A DNA stretch of 64,000 bases from Elsinoe ampelina (Eukaryota). The position numbers and the translations under genes were made by a program. Position 1 is the stretch's first letter, and every line of letters begins with the position of its first letter. The notes under the pieces are model-generated. The model saw nothing but the letters and a program-made list of their open reading frames with translations, made no database searches and was not told where the DNA came from. The stretch spans positions 164,921-228,920 of the forward strand of contig ML992505.1 of the NCBI GenBank assembly GCA_010093995.1, given 5' to 3'. Positions 25,027 to 35,588 of this stretch are shown piece after piece.

Positions 25027-27546
25027 TCAGACAAGGTCGAACTCCCTGGTCACGCCTTGAAATGCTTCAAAATCACCACCGAGACTCTTTGCGTCGCCGT
25101 GGTATTTGATTCTGTACCTCCCTCGGAGAGTTTGAATAGTCTGATAATCATCTGCAAATCCACATATCGTGTTGCCGTGGATCTGCGCGGCGCGGGTAGT
25201 GCTTCGGTCGCTATTCGTCCGGGCAGAGATTCTGCCAGCGTCTGATCCACCATGCATGACAGTACCTGGAGCTGGTCTGTCTAGGTATCGCATGCATGCA
25301 TCAATACCGCGCTTCTCCCAATTGCCCATCTCCCAACCAAGCTCCCATCGTACAGTTACGATACTAGTGCCGAGTAGAGTGCTTGTTCTCTCCCATCCAA
25401 ACACAACGCTCCAGTCGCTATCATCTCGCACGCTATACCAGACTCCAGTATGCTCGCTGAACCTCTCTACCGCAACGAATGTTCCCTCAAGGCGAACGTC
25501 GTTGCGAGGATTTGCTGCCTGGAAGCTCACTTCGATTGCTACGGGATGATCATGCTGGAGATAATACGACGACTCGGCATCCTTGATCACTTCGCCAAAC
25601 GTCTTGAAAAGACCGGAAGAGTCACGAACAATGGGATTGATGAAGCTTAGGGATGTGTTGGTGTGCACGGGTGGCGACGGGCCAGCATCAAGATCTGGTA
25701 GTGCAGGAACGGTCGGAGGCTTCGAACCATGCTTATCAGCGACTGCGGTTTGTGCCAAATACGGTATCAATCCTCTCGTCGAATCCATGTAGGCGGCGAG
25801 TGTATGTGGTCCGTACAGAGTTGAGGCGCCCTCATACCTCTGGATTGCGTACTCTTCCTCTGTGGCAATGTAGTGAGTATAGGAATTGGACGGACCTCCG
25901 AGGACAACTAATGGCCTGCTCAGAGTCGTGTCTCCTAAAGCTATTACAGCATCTTTCAGAGCAGATTTCCACCGTCGGCCCGCCATGGTGGTCGCTTCAC
26001 CAGGACTGACAATAATGAATAGATTGCCGACCCGGAAGAACTGCATGTCGACCACGTTTGGTGTCCACAAGTAAGGCCGTTCAGTCTCACCCACGTCGAG
26101 TAGTATGGGTTTCACTCCGTGACATGCAATCTGTGCTGGCCCAGGTTCATGCAGCTGATTCCGTACAGTCTCCCACAAAGGGTTTGCGTTGGGATCACCC
26201 GAATTGTGCTGTTTGAAATCGAACGCACCCGGTCCGTCGGTGGTTCCAGCCGCAAAAGAGTAGCCCAGAGCTGCTGGACAGGTTTTGACTTCGGTTCCAT
26301 TGGGTAGAACAAATCTTTTACTGCTCATGTCCACAAACACGTGAAGCGACTTGACTGTCGAACCCTCTAAGCTCGAGCGTTCCGCGAGCCCCGATGGCGT
26401 TATGGTAGAACTTCCCTTCTGCAATCTCTCGAAGAGAAGTCTAGCGGCCACATACTGCCGCCGACCAATCTCAAAGGTCGACGCGGTCCCAGAATCCTGC
26501 AGCCCGTAATGAGGCCCTCTACCATGACATGGTTGTGTCTTGCCGGCACATAGACTCGTCTCGAAATCACATGATTTGCCCTCCTGTGGTCCAGATTCAC
26601 ACCATGCTCCGAGCACGTTCGGGGAGGTATCGCCCACATTAGACTGAGAGAAACCAGCAACAAAGTCGGGCGAGGAGTTCGGGAGCTTGCGAGCATACCT
26701 TTCGAACATGTCTGCAGCTACCCCTTTGTTGTCTCCAGTCACCATGGTGTTGTTTCCGAGCATCGAGGTACCATGTACGGGGAACCAGGTCAGGATGCCA
26801 AGATCCTTGTCATCACGCAGCGACCGAAACGCAAGAAGGCTCATTTCTATGTCCACGTTGTCGTCGTATTGTGCTCGTTCAGATGCCGAGTTGGCGTTGT
26901 AAGCAAAGGGACTCCTATTCACACTAGCATTTGGAACTGTAGTCGTGCGATATGTCAAAGTCCCCAGCTGAAGATTCTCATGCGCTCGTCTGATCGAAAG
27001 AAGTGTGCCCTTGACGACCGCATCGTAACTCTGGCGATCGAAGCCCTTGGAGGTGATTTGTGGTAGCAGATAGTTCAGCCAAGCGCCAGGACCAGAGTGC
27101 GAGTGCGTGCCCGTGATTGCAACATTTTGCTGGCCATACATGGCATAGTCTCGACCCATTTCTCTCAACCCGTCCAGCACGCCCTGTCTGACAGCGGTGT
27201 CGCCACTCTGGGTGTCCTGCACGACATAGACGATACGATCTTCCGGCGTCTCGGTACTACCAATAATGAAGGTACGGGCATACAGTCTCTGTCTCAAGCC
27301 GGATCCTACTTGGTTTGGATCAGCGTAGCCCATAAAGTTGATCTCGACGACCGGGCCAGTGATATCCGCCTTCCCGACACCAAGAAGGTACTGTACATTT
27401 TGCTTCGAATGCAGTTGTCCTTGGAAGAATCGGAATGGATGATCCGAAAGATGCTTGATGCTTCCAAAGTTGTGGATGAGACTAAGGGTGGCGAGTAAGC
27501 TTAAGCATGCGGCCGTCAAGGCGACTGCGATATGAGAGCGTGCCAT
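25027..27546 (-). CDS. Neutral/alkaline non-lysosomal ceramidase
   Basis: Signal anchor, then GVGKADITGP, GTHSHSGPG, WFPVHGTSM, QSNVGDTSPN, GYSFAAGTTDGPG, PGEATTMAGRR, QRYEGASTLYGP, ANPRN. Start placed at MARSHIAV. Confidence 0.95.
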   Translation of the reverse strand: MARSHIAVALTAACLSLLATLSLIHNFGSIKHLSDHPFRFFQGQLHSKQNVQYLLGVGKADITGPVVEINFMGYADPNQVGSGLRQRLYARTFIIGSTETPEDRIVYVVQDTQSGDTAVRQGVLDGLREMGRDYAMYGQQNVAITGTHSHSGPGAWLNYLLPQITSKGFDRQSYDAVVKGTLLSIRRAHENLQLGTLTYRTTTVPNASVNRSPFAYNANSASERAQYDDNVDIEMSLLAFRSLRDDKDLGILTWFPVHGTSMLGNNTMVTGDNKGVAADMFERYARKLPNSSPDFVAGFSQSNVGDTSPNVLGAWCESGPQEGKSCDFETSLCAGKTQPCHGRGPHYGLQDSGTASTFEIGRRQYVAARLLFERLQKGSSTITPSGLAERSSLEGSTVKSLHVFVDMSSKRFVLPNGTEVKTCPAALGYSFAAGTTDGPGAFDFKQHNSGDPNANPLWETVRNQLHEPGPAQIACHGVKPILLDVGETERPYLWTPNVVDMQFFRVGNLFIIVSPGEATTMAGRRWKSALKDAVIALGDTTLSRPLVVLGGPSNSYTHYIATEEEYAIQRYEGASTLYGPHTLAAYMDSTRGLIPYLAQTAVADKHGSKPPTVPALPDLDAGPSPPVHTNTSLSFINPIVRDSSGLFKTFGEVIKDAESSYYLQHDHPVAIEVSFQAANPRNDVRLEGTFVAVERFSEHTGVWYSVRDDSDWSVVFGWERTSTLLGTSIVTVRWELGWEMGNWEKRGIDACMRYLDRPAPGTVMHGGSDAGRISARTNSDRSTTRAAQIHGNTICGFADDYQTIQTLRGRYRIKYHGDAKSLGGDFEAFQGVTREFDLV

Positions 27547-27908
27547 TCTCGGAGAAGCACTTCGACAGTGTTCAAGTGCATCTGGAGACAGTGATGTCGT
27601 TCCAAAGAACGACGACCAGGAACGAGATGTAGATGTCCGGAATGCCCGGATCACTGACGATGCTGACCCAGGAATCTGTGACGTTTGATGGCGATCTGCA
27701 TCCCCCACAGATTCGGTCGATGCATCACGGAAAAAAGTGTCACATCACGAACTCTCCATCTCTCTCTCTTAGTCGACTTGTTTGTCACCCCTGTCACTCA
27801 TTTTCTACCCACAGTAGCACCATCCTGGTGGGTGCACCGGTATTCGACCGACTGCAGCTCGCCACCGGACCAACATCCCCGTCCTCCAATCCCTTGTTTG
27901 CTCTCACA

Positions 27909-28895
27909 ATGGAGGAGCTACAGGCTCGGCACAGAAAGGAGGCCAAAGACCTACAGAACAAGATCACATCCAAGAAGAAGCAAGCATCCAAGAAGACACG
28001 CAAGGGAGTAAACGACGAATGCGACAGGCTAGAGCAGGAGCTCAAACAGCGACATGAAGCCGAAATCGCAGATCTGAGCGGCCAACCCGGCGAGCCACAG
28101 GTCGACACCCTGCCAGCAAATGAAGAGCTGGCAAACGAGACTGCATCCCTGTCCATCAACGGCGACTCAGCCTCTACAATATCAGCGGCGCCCACAACAG
28201 CGACCTCCATCACCTCTGACACAACCCCAGAAGCCTCCCAACAGACCAAGAGGATCCCAAGAGCAAGAGCACGCTTAGAACGGAGAAAAGCCGAGCAGGA
28301 AGCACTATTCAACCAAGCATCAGCGGAAGCCTCGAACCTCCCCGATCTCAAAGCCCAGGAGCGCGACAGAATGGTAGCCAACTTCAAGTCGCGGGGATTG
28401 GTGGAGAAGGAGATCCGAGCAGACGGCCACTGCCTGTATTCTGCCTTCGCAGACCAGATGGAAGCGCTGGAGATGCCGTTACTGGACACGAAGCCGGGAG
28501 ACGAGGCCAAAGTGGGCATGTTCAAGCGGTTCAGTGATGGGTTCCGGCGGAGGAGCAGCGAGGAAGAGAAGGCTAAGCTGGAGGAGTACAAGGTTGTGAG
28601 GAAGGAGGCGGCGGCGTTCATGCAGAGCCATCCGGATGATTTTGCGCCGTTTTTGGAAGAGGGATTGGATACGTATACTATGAAGATCAAGGATACTGCC
28701 GAGTGGGGTGGGCAGATGGAGTTGATTGCGCTGGCTAGGAGGTATGGGGTGCAGATCAATGTCCTTCAGGGGGATGGGCGGGTGGAGGAGATCAAGGCGG
28801 AGGAAGGCGCCAGGAGTGAGAAGGTGTTGTGGTTGGCATATTACAAGCATGGGTTTGGATTGGGCGAGCACTACAACTCGCTGCGGAAAGCATGA
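27909..28895 (+). CDS. OTU2: OTU-domain deubiquitinase (OTU2/OTUD6B-like)
   Basis: MEELQARHRKE...KKTRKGVN coiled coil; ADGHCLYSA, WGGQMELIALA, GLGEHYNSL. Confidence 0.93.
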   Translation: MEELQARHRKEAKDLQNKITSKKKQASKKTRKGVNDECDRLEQELKQRHEAEIADLSGQPGEPQVDTLPANEELANETASLSINGDSASTISAAPTTATSITSDTTPEASQQTKRIPRARARLERRKAEQEALFNQASAEASNLPDLKAQERDRMVANFKSRGLVEKEIRADGHCLYSAFADQMEALEMPLLDTKPGDEAKVGMFKRFSDGFRRRSSEEEKAKLEEYKVVRKEAAAFMQSHPDDFAPFLEEGLDTYTMKIKDTAEWGGQMELIALARRYGVQINVLQGDGRVEEIKAEEGARSEKVLWLAYYKHGFGLGEHYNSLRKA

Positions 28896-28962
28896 TATGA
28901 TGTACGATGGAGATACCCCTTGCCCGCACTTTTACGACGCCACGCTAGAATCAAAAGCCATA

Positions 28963-29894
28963 TCATTGATGTTTCCATATCGCGACCCAGTCTGTTCCCT
29001 TGCCGATCTCGTGCGTCCGGTCAGGTTGGTAGTGTGCCACCCGTATGAGACCCTTTTCACTCCTTGATGGATTCTCTTCGTCGATGCCCTTCACGAAGCC
29101 GTCACTGTCGTACTCGAGCTTCTCCCCCGGCTTGCTCAGGTAGCCCACATATTCCACAGGCCGGACCGCCCAGGGAGGACCAGCTGTCGAGGGCTCTTTG
29201 TATGTCGGGAACTCCAGACATATCAATCGCCCTTGAGGCGCCAGCAACTCCGCCATCCGAGCCGCCCACTTCGATCGCAGCTGAGGAGGGAGCGCACAGA
29301 AAAACTACCCACCCGTTAGCCACCTTCGCAACCCCTCAATCATATCCAACAACCCACCGTATAATCATAAATAACATCAAACCCCTCCTTCTCCCCAAAC
29401 CCACCCTGCTCCAACGCCTCGGAGCTCTCCCTCCACCACTCATCCGTGAAAAAATCCCCCTGCAGTATCCTCGCCTCCCCTCTCCCCACCTTCTCGTCCT
29501 TCGTCTTATACTCCTCCCCATCTCCCACCCTAACCTGCTCCTGCCTGGCCGCCTCCGCCGCTTTCCCACTCACTTCCACCCCAAAAGCATCGAACCCCCA
29601 GCTCGCGAACAGGAATACATCGTACCCCTTTCCGCAGCCAGGTACTAGTGCCCGGGGTCGCCTGATTTTCTGATGGGCGGGGTTGATGGGGTCTTTGGGG
29701 GCGATGACTGGTGGGTTGAGAGCAGGGTGGCGGGATGCGAGCAGGTCGGAGAGGGCTGGGTTGGGCAGACCGCGGTCCCAGGGGGTGTAGGATTGGGTCC
29801 AGAGGTCGTCCCAGCGGGAGGAGTCGGTGGGGTCGGTCTGGAAGTGGTTGCGGAGACGGGTGCGGTCGTCGATGGGTCCGGTGGCGACGCTCAT
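28963..29894 (-). CDS. SAM-dependent thiol/halide methyltransferase (TPMT family); intron ~29306-29358
   Basis: WDDLW, PWDRG, ALVPGCGKGYDV, GDFF, FDVIYDYT-FFCALPP after splicing, LICLEFP, GPPW. Confidence 0.92.
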
Positions 29895-30354
29895 GTTGAT
29901 GGCAAGCTGGTCGGAGGGTGTTGATGGGTGGGAGACGGATGGATCGAAGGTCGGCTTCGTGATACGAGTAACTTGAGGTATGAAACGAATTGTTTGGTCA
30001 TGACGTCGCCCACCACGTGGGATTTGGCGGGGCAATAGACGCCGACATCGCAATCGCGGGGTACTCGATCCTATTATTGAAGGGTACAGCACTGATGAGC
30101 ACTGTCACACTTTACAGATCCACTTCAGATAGCCTGTGAGGATTCTCCGGAACGACGAAAATAGCTCATGCACGTTGAGATCATACAAGGTACACACTTG
30201 CAGAAGAAGGATGGTAGCAGGGTTGAGATGAGCATTCGGCAATTTGGACCTCTCCTTGCCTCGTGCTATCGGCCACCGATCCTGCTACTCCTGACATCGT
30301 TTCCTGGGGCGTGACTTCAATCTCGACGTCTGTAACCCAAATGAGATTATGTGA

Positions 30355-32323
30355 CTATAGAGACGCTGTCAGCGGGACATTCGCAAGCTTAGTCAAGTAC
30401 TCCTTGTCGCCACTAGCATCAGCCCTCGCAATAGCCGCTTCAAGCAAAGCAGCGTAGCTCCAAGTCAGATCCGCAGCACCTTGACTAATTCCAGTACCTC
30501 TATTGTACTGCTCCGACAGACTTCCACTTTCCGGTGTGTGGTACTTGATCCTCCTGAGGAACGCATCGCCCCAGCCTAGCAGCGCGTCCGTGAGGCCGCA
30601 GAACTCGGTGCTGTTGGTAGCATAGCTGGAGTCGACCGCTACCGTGGTGGCGGGGGCGAAGTATGTGAAGAATGGAAGGGAAGTGTTGGTCACGGTGATG
30701 CTGCCAGCTGCTCGGTACTCGCTGACAGCACGATACATCATCTCGGCCATGGTTGCTGTTGCTAGGTACCAGGGATTGCCACCGTCGACAGCAGTTCCGG
30801 TTCCATTGTAGACATCCTCAGGGTAACGTCTAGAATGAATCAGTATCGGTAGTATTAATGAGCTGTTGTACCTACCCAATGGGTATGCCAAGCACTTGAC
30901 CGTTGGCATCAGTGGTGGTGTTCGCAATGCTGTAGACAGGTATGAACGAGGTGGAGATTTGGAGAAGCGAAGCCAAAATTTGATCGTTGGTATAGCCGAA
31001 GACATCGTCGCCAATGTACCCATGGATGACGCCGAGAGCTACGGCAATGTCTTTGTACGAAGCCTTGTCTCTCAGAATTGGGCCATACTCGTATAGGATG
31101 AGCTGCCGATTGGGATCCCAGAATTGTGCCAAGGTCTCGGTGAGAGCAGCACCTGCGGATGCCAGAGTCTCGCTGGTGGCGCTGTCTCCCATCTTGCCGG
31201 CAAAGTCTGCACCCTGAAGAAGGGCACGGCGCTGCACCATGCGGGTATAGAAGTGGGCAGATACGACCTCCTCCCACAGATCAAAATCAGGAGTCGTCCA
31301 GTTGCTCGCCACGAACAAAAGATCCTTCTGCACAGGAGCGTTCGGGTTTGTGGTCGAATCATAGATTTGTGATTTGACAACATCAATGCTACCGCCATTC
31401 TCGAGATAGGTATTGGCAAACTCCATCAAGGTAATGGCAGCTGTAGCTGGACCATCATTCTGGGGTCGTCCCCATGGTTCTGTGAAGATTGTGTTGTTCA
31501 GGTAGAACTTTGGTTCGCCTAGACCTGTCTGAAGACCAGGAGTGTTCTGCTCGTCCGCCCTTGTTCTGGCATATTGAAACAGAATCTCCTCATAGCGGGC
31601 CTTCTCTGTAGCATCTGAGGCTGTCGAGTAGAAGAGCTCCACCGTGTCGAGGGTCAACGAAGCATCTCGTACCCAATTATATTCATAGTCTGGTAGTTTC
31701 TGAGGATAGCTGGGACCAGATTTGGCAGCCACGACAGTGCCGTTTGCAACACCGGGCAGGTCTGGATTGATGTTGGAGAACATGATCCGTTTTGATAGAG
31801 TGGCCTGGGATTGCGCATCGACGGTGAGCCATTGGGTAATGTCGTCGGACAGACCAGATGGCGAGGCGTAGGGTGCAGGTGGACCGGGCTGGGTAGGCTC
31901 TGGAGCGCCACTGGGGACGATGCCGATGTTCAAAGGTTGTACGAAGGTCCGCCCGATGTTTACAGCACGGTAGGTAAGGTTGAGGAGCTCGGTGATGCCA
32001 TCCAGATAGATTGGAGCATTAGAGCCCCAGAATTCGTAGTTGGTATCCGGGATGCTAGAGCGGTAGCCAAGGGACAGGGACGTGAGCGGCGTCGACACAT
32101 TTCGTCTATCCGTGAAGAAGAGTGTGACTACCTTGTCGTAGTTGAGGTTTGCGATGAAGACGGAAGCATTCAACGAGCCTCCACAATAAGAGTACGACTG
32201 AAGGACCACCTCGGCGTTGTTGGTAGGGACAGCATCTGTGACTGTGTTGACCTGACAGTCTTGAGCAGCAACGAATAGTGCTGGTAGTCCAGCCAGGAAA
32301 GCCAAACTTTTAGAGAAGCCCAT
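30355..32323 (-). CDS. Secreted glucoamylase (GH15) with N-terminal CBM21-like starch-binding domain; intron 30830-30875
   Basis: Signal peptide MGFSKSLAFLAGLPALFVAA; LQSYSY..IANLNYDKVVT (CBM21-like); WVRDAS, GLGEPKF, WGRPQNDGPA, DLWEEV, IGRYPEDVY after splicing, LSEQY, DLTWSYA. Confidence 0.93.
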
Positions 32324-33241
32324 CTTAAAGATCAGGGGCGAGTAGATGAAGAATGACGACAAGAAAATAACCGGGACGGAGAGCGCGAATAGGATATATA
32401 GAGCCATGACTACTTACCAGGTTTGCCTTTGTCCAGCGACAAGGTGATGATGATGGTCGAATGGACGATCGACATTTGATGTCGGGCCGGAGGCAAGGAC
32501 CGTGTCGATGGTTCCTGCATGGAAAAGCCTTTTGTATGGCTACGCACGGAGTCGTCACATGAAAGCGAGTCGACCCAATTTCGTCAAGAACCAATCGGAC
32601 TCGTACGCGAGCAGAGATTGATGCGGGGGTCTCCACGGCTTGAAAGATCCTTGCTCTGATCACGAATCATCCTGCGGCTTGGAGGCTGAAAGGGAATGCT
32701 TCGACCTGCCCTTCTGGAAGCCGCCGCGAAGCACGCTCATGACGATGACCTGACGGAGGGCGGCAGAGTCGTGTCCAAGGTATGCAGGAAGGCCTTCGAT
32801 GAGCAGGGCATGCTTTCACTCGCACCAGAGGTAGATTACGTGAAGTTGTACAAGCTTCATACCAATCACCTGAATTGCATGTCCCTGGACGTCGACGCCT
32901 TGAACCTTCACATCCATGTGCTGATCAAGAGCATCGTCCCACACCAACCGGAGTGTTTCTGCCGCAAGTCAGGGTGGGATCAAACAGTACTCGCCGTGTT
33001 GTACCAGGGCGGCGCGTGTGACGGAGTCCAGCTTGGTAATTGAGGCTTGGAGATAGATTGCCAGGGACAGTTGGCTTCTCTTGATGGGTTTCTGACATGA
33101 AAGGTAAATTCTACGGCCAGAAAGCCCCGCATTCTCTCGTTCCTCTTTGAGCCGAGGTCGCGACCAGATTTGCTGCTTTTGCTGCAACCACTCCCAAGCC
33201 TCGTGCATCCCGCCATCCCTGCTCATTTTCGTCCTGCCGGT

Positions 33242-34846
33242 ATGAATTACCTTCGTCCAGTTTCCGGTCGTCTGTTGGTATCAGCCACACGATTGTCGAC
33301 GCCCTCCAGACCTTTGCAAGTGGCCATCGATCAGAGACGCAGAATGGCTTCGTTCAAGAAGATCAAGGTCAAGAACCCGGTGGTGGAGATGGACGGAGAC
33401 GAGATGACGAGGATTATCTGGCAGAATATCAAGGACAAGGTTAGTGCTATTTGCAGAGTCGAAGATGCCTCGGAACAAGACAGTTGCTGACCCTGCTGCA
33501 GTTCATCCATCCGTATGTCACGAGCCGCAATCTCACAGTCGCGTGCCTTGGACCTAACCCTTCTTAGCTACCTCGACATTGACCTCAAGTACTATGATCT
33601 GGTAGAAGCCCCGACTTGCATGCTGCAGGCACCCCACTCACGTCCTGCAGGGTCTGCCATACCGTGATGAGACCAACGACCAAGTCACCCTCGATGCCGC
33701 CGAGGCAACCAAGAAGTACTCTGTTGCAGTCAAGTGTGCCACCATCACCCCAGACGAGCAAAGAGTGGAGGAGTTCAAGCTCAAGAAGATGTGGCTGTCA
33801 CCCAATGGTACAATCAGGAATCACCTGTAGGCTCAACCCCACCAGGTCTTTCCGAGCAAAGCTGATCGTACTCAGAGGTGGAACTGTCTTCCGAGAACCC
33901 ATTGTTATTCCCAGCATTCCCCGTCTCGTACCCGGCTGGACCAAGCCCATCGTTATCGGCCGTCATGCTTTCGGCGATCAGTACCGCGCAAAGGACAGAG
34001 TCATCAAGGGAGAGGGCACACTCAAGATGGTCTTCACACCCAAGGGAGGCGAGCCCGAAGAGATTGAGGTGTTCCAATTCAAGAACGGTGGAGGCGTTGC
34101 CCAAACACAGTACAACACAGATGAGAGTATCTCGGGCTTCGCTCAGGCAAGTTTCAAGCTCGCGCTCGACAAAAAGATGCCTCTGTACATGAGCACCAAG
34201 AACACCATCCTCAAAGCCTATGACGGACGGTTCAAGGACATTTTCCAAGAGATCTACGACAAGCAATACAAGGCTGAGTTTGAGAAGGCCGGCATCTGGT
34301 ATGAGCATCGCCTGATTGACGACATGGTCGCCCAGATGATCAAGAGCGAGGGCGGCTTCATCATTGCCATGAAGAGTGAGTGTCCGGCCCTGTACCATCC
34401 TTCCTGGCTAACACTGTCTAGACTACGACGGTGACGTCCAATCCGATATTGTTGCCCAAGGCTTTGGCAGTCTCGGTCTCATGACTTCGGTTCTCATCAC
34501 CCCAGATGGAAAGACGTTCGAGGCCGAAGCAGCTCACGGTACTGTGACCCGTCACTTCCGAGAACACCAGAAGGGCAATCCTACATCGACCAACCCCATC
34601 GCATCCATCTTCGCTTGGACCCGAGGACTCATTAAGCGCGGCGAGCTGGACGGAACACCTGAAGTGGTCAAGTTCGCCGAGTCACTGGAAGAGGCATGCG
34701 TCCACGTTGTCGACAAGCAGGGCATCATGACCAAGGATCTTGCCCTCGCAATGGGAAAGAAGGGCAAGGATGCCTATGTCACCACCGATGAGTACCTTGA
34801 CGCTGTTGAGAGGCGGATGAAGTCTGTCCTGCAAGCTAAGCTCTAA
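33242..34846 (+). CDS. IDP1: NADP-dependent isocitrate dehydrogenase; multiple introns including an 11-nt microexon (33502-33512)
   Basis: [61 protein letters not shown]-terminal presequence-like extension and C-terminal AKL. Confidence 0.97.
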
Positions 34847-35588
34847 TTACTGCTGTGCCATTTCATCAGGTAGACATTCTTGGATACAGTAGACCAATCT
34901 GGATACAAGAGTGAAGTGTAAATAGGTCATCAAAGTATATATGAGTGCTTGACAGAATCAGCAGTCTTCTGGAAGTCAGCTGTACCTGTAACAGAGTGTG
35001 AAAGCTATCTCCACACTCTGCAGACCCTGGCCTCGCCAAAAATGGCATGTGGAGGAAGAAATGACTCCTGCGAGACAAGCTTTTCTTTTCGGAGCGACCA
35101 CGCACGCCATCTCTTGGACGATCGTCTCTCCAACGGGTGGATGACTAAAACGGATATACGGCATCCTGTTACCCTCGGCCAGATGAATCGATAATACGCA
35201 GCTATCGACTCACCGTGACCCCCATCTAGCTCCTTTTGCCATCGCGCCCGTCTTTGCTGCATCATTTTGGTTGCGACAAGGCGTGCCAGCTAATCAATCC
35301 TGACATCTTTCCGCTGCGGGGATGTACTAGCTAACCGTAGCTATCACTGGCAGTCATCCTTCGTTCACGCATTCGGCGTTTAGATGTTTTTGGACCGAGT
35401 TTGGGGGTCCATCTAAAAGACGATTTTATCCCAGAACCCCTCACTCGACCTTTTCGGCCCTGGACACTCATAGTAAATCCACCGTGGACGTGAGGAGTAG
35501 CTGAGCAATCGTCCATCCATGGAGCTGCCTTTGTCGTCATCAGAGAAACAAGCCCTGTCCTAGACCTGCGACCCGACCTTCGGCCAAG

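Noticed and set aside
27547..27908. ORF-track extensions making ceramidase and OTU2 overlap head-to-head
   Set aside because: Family-typical starts are at 27546 and 27909; the interval is best read as a divergent promoter.
27794..28759. 321-aa antisense ORF over OTU2 (and similar antisense ORFs over UGD, IDH, GS and MED1)
   Set aside because: Antisense shadows of well-supported genes.
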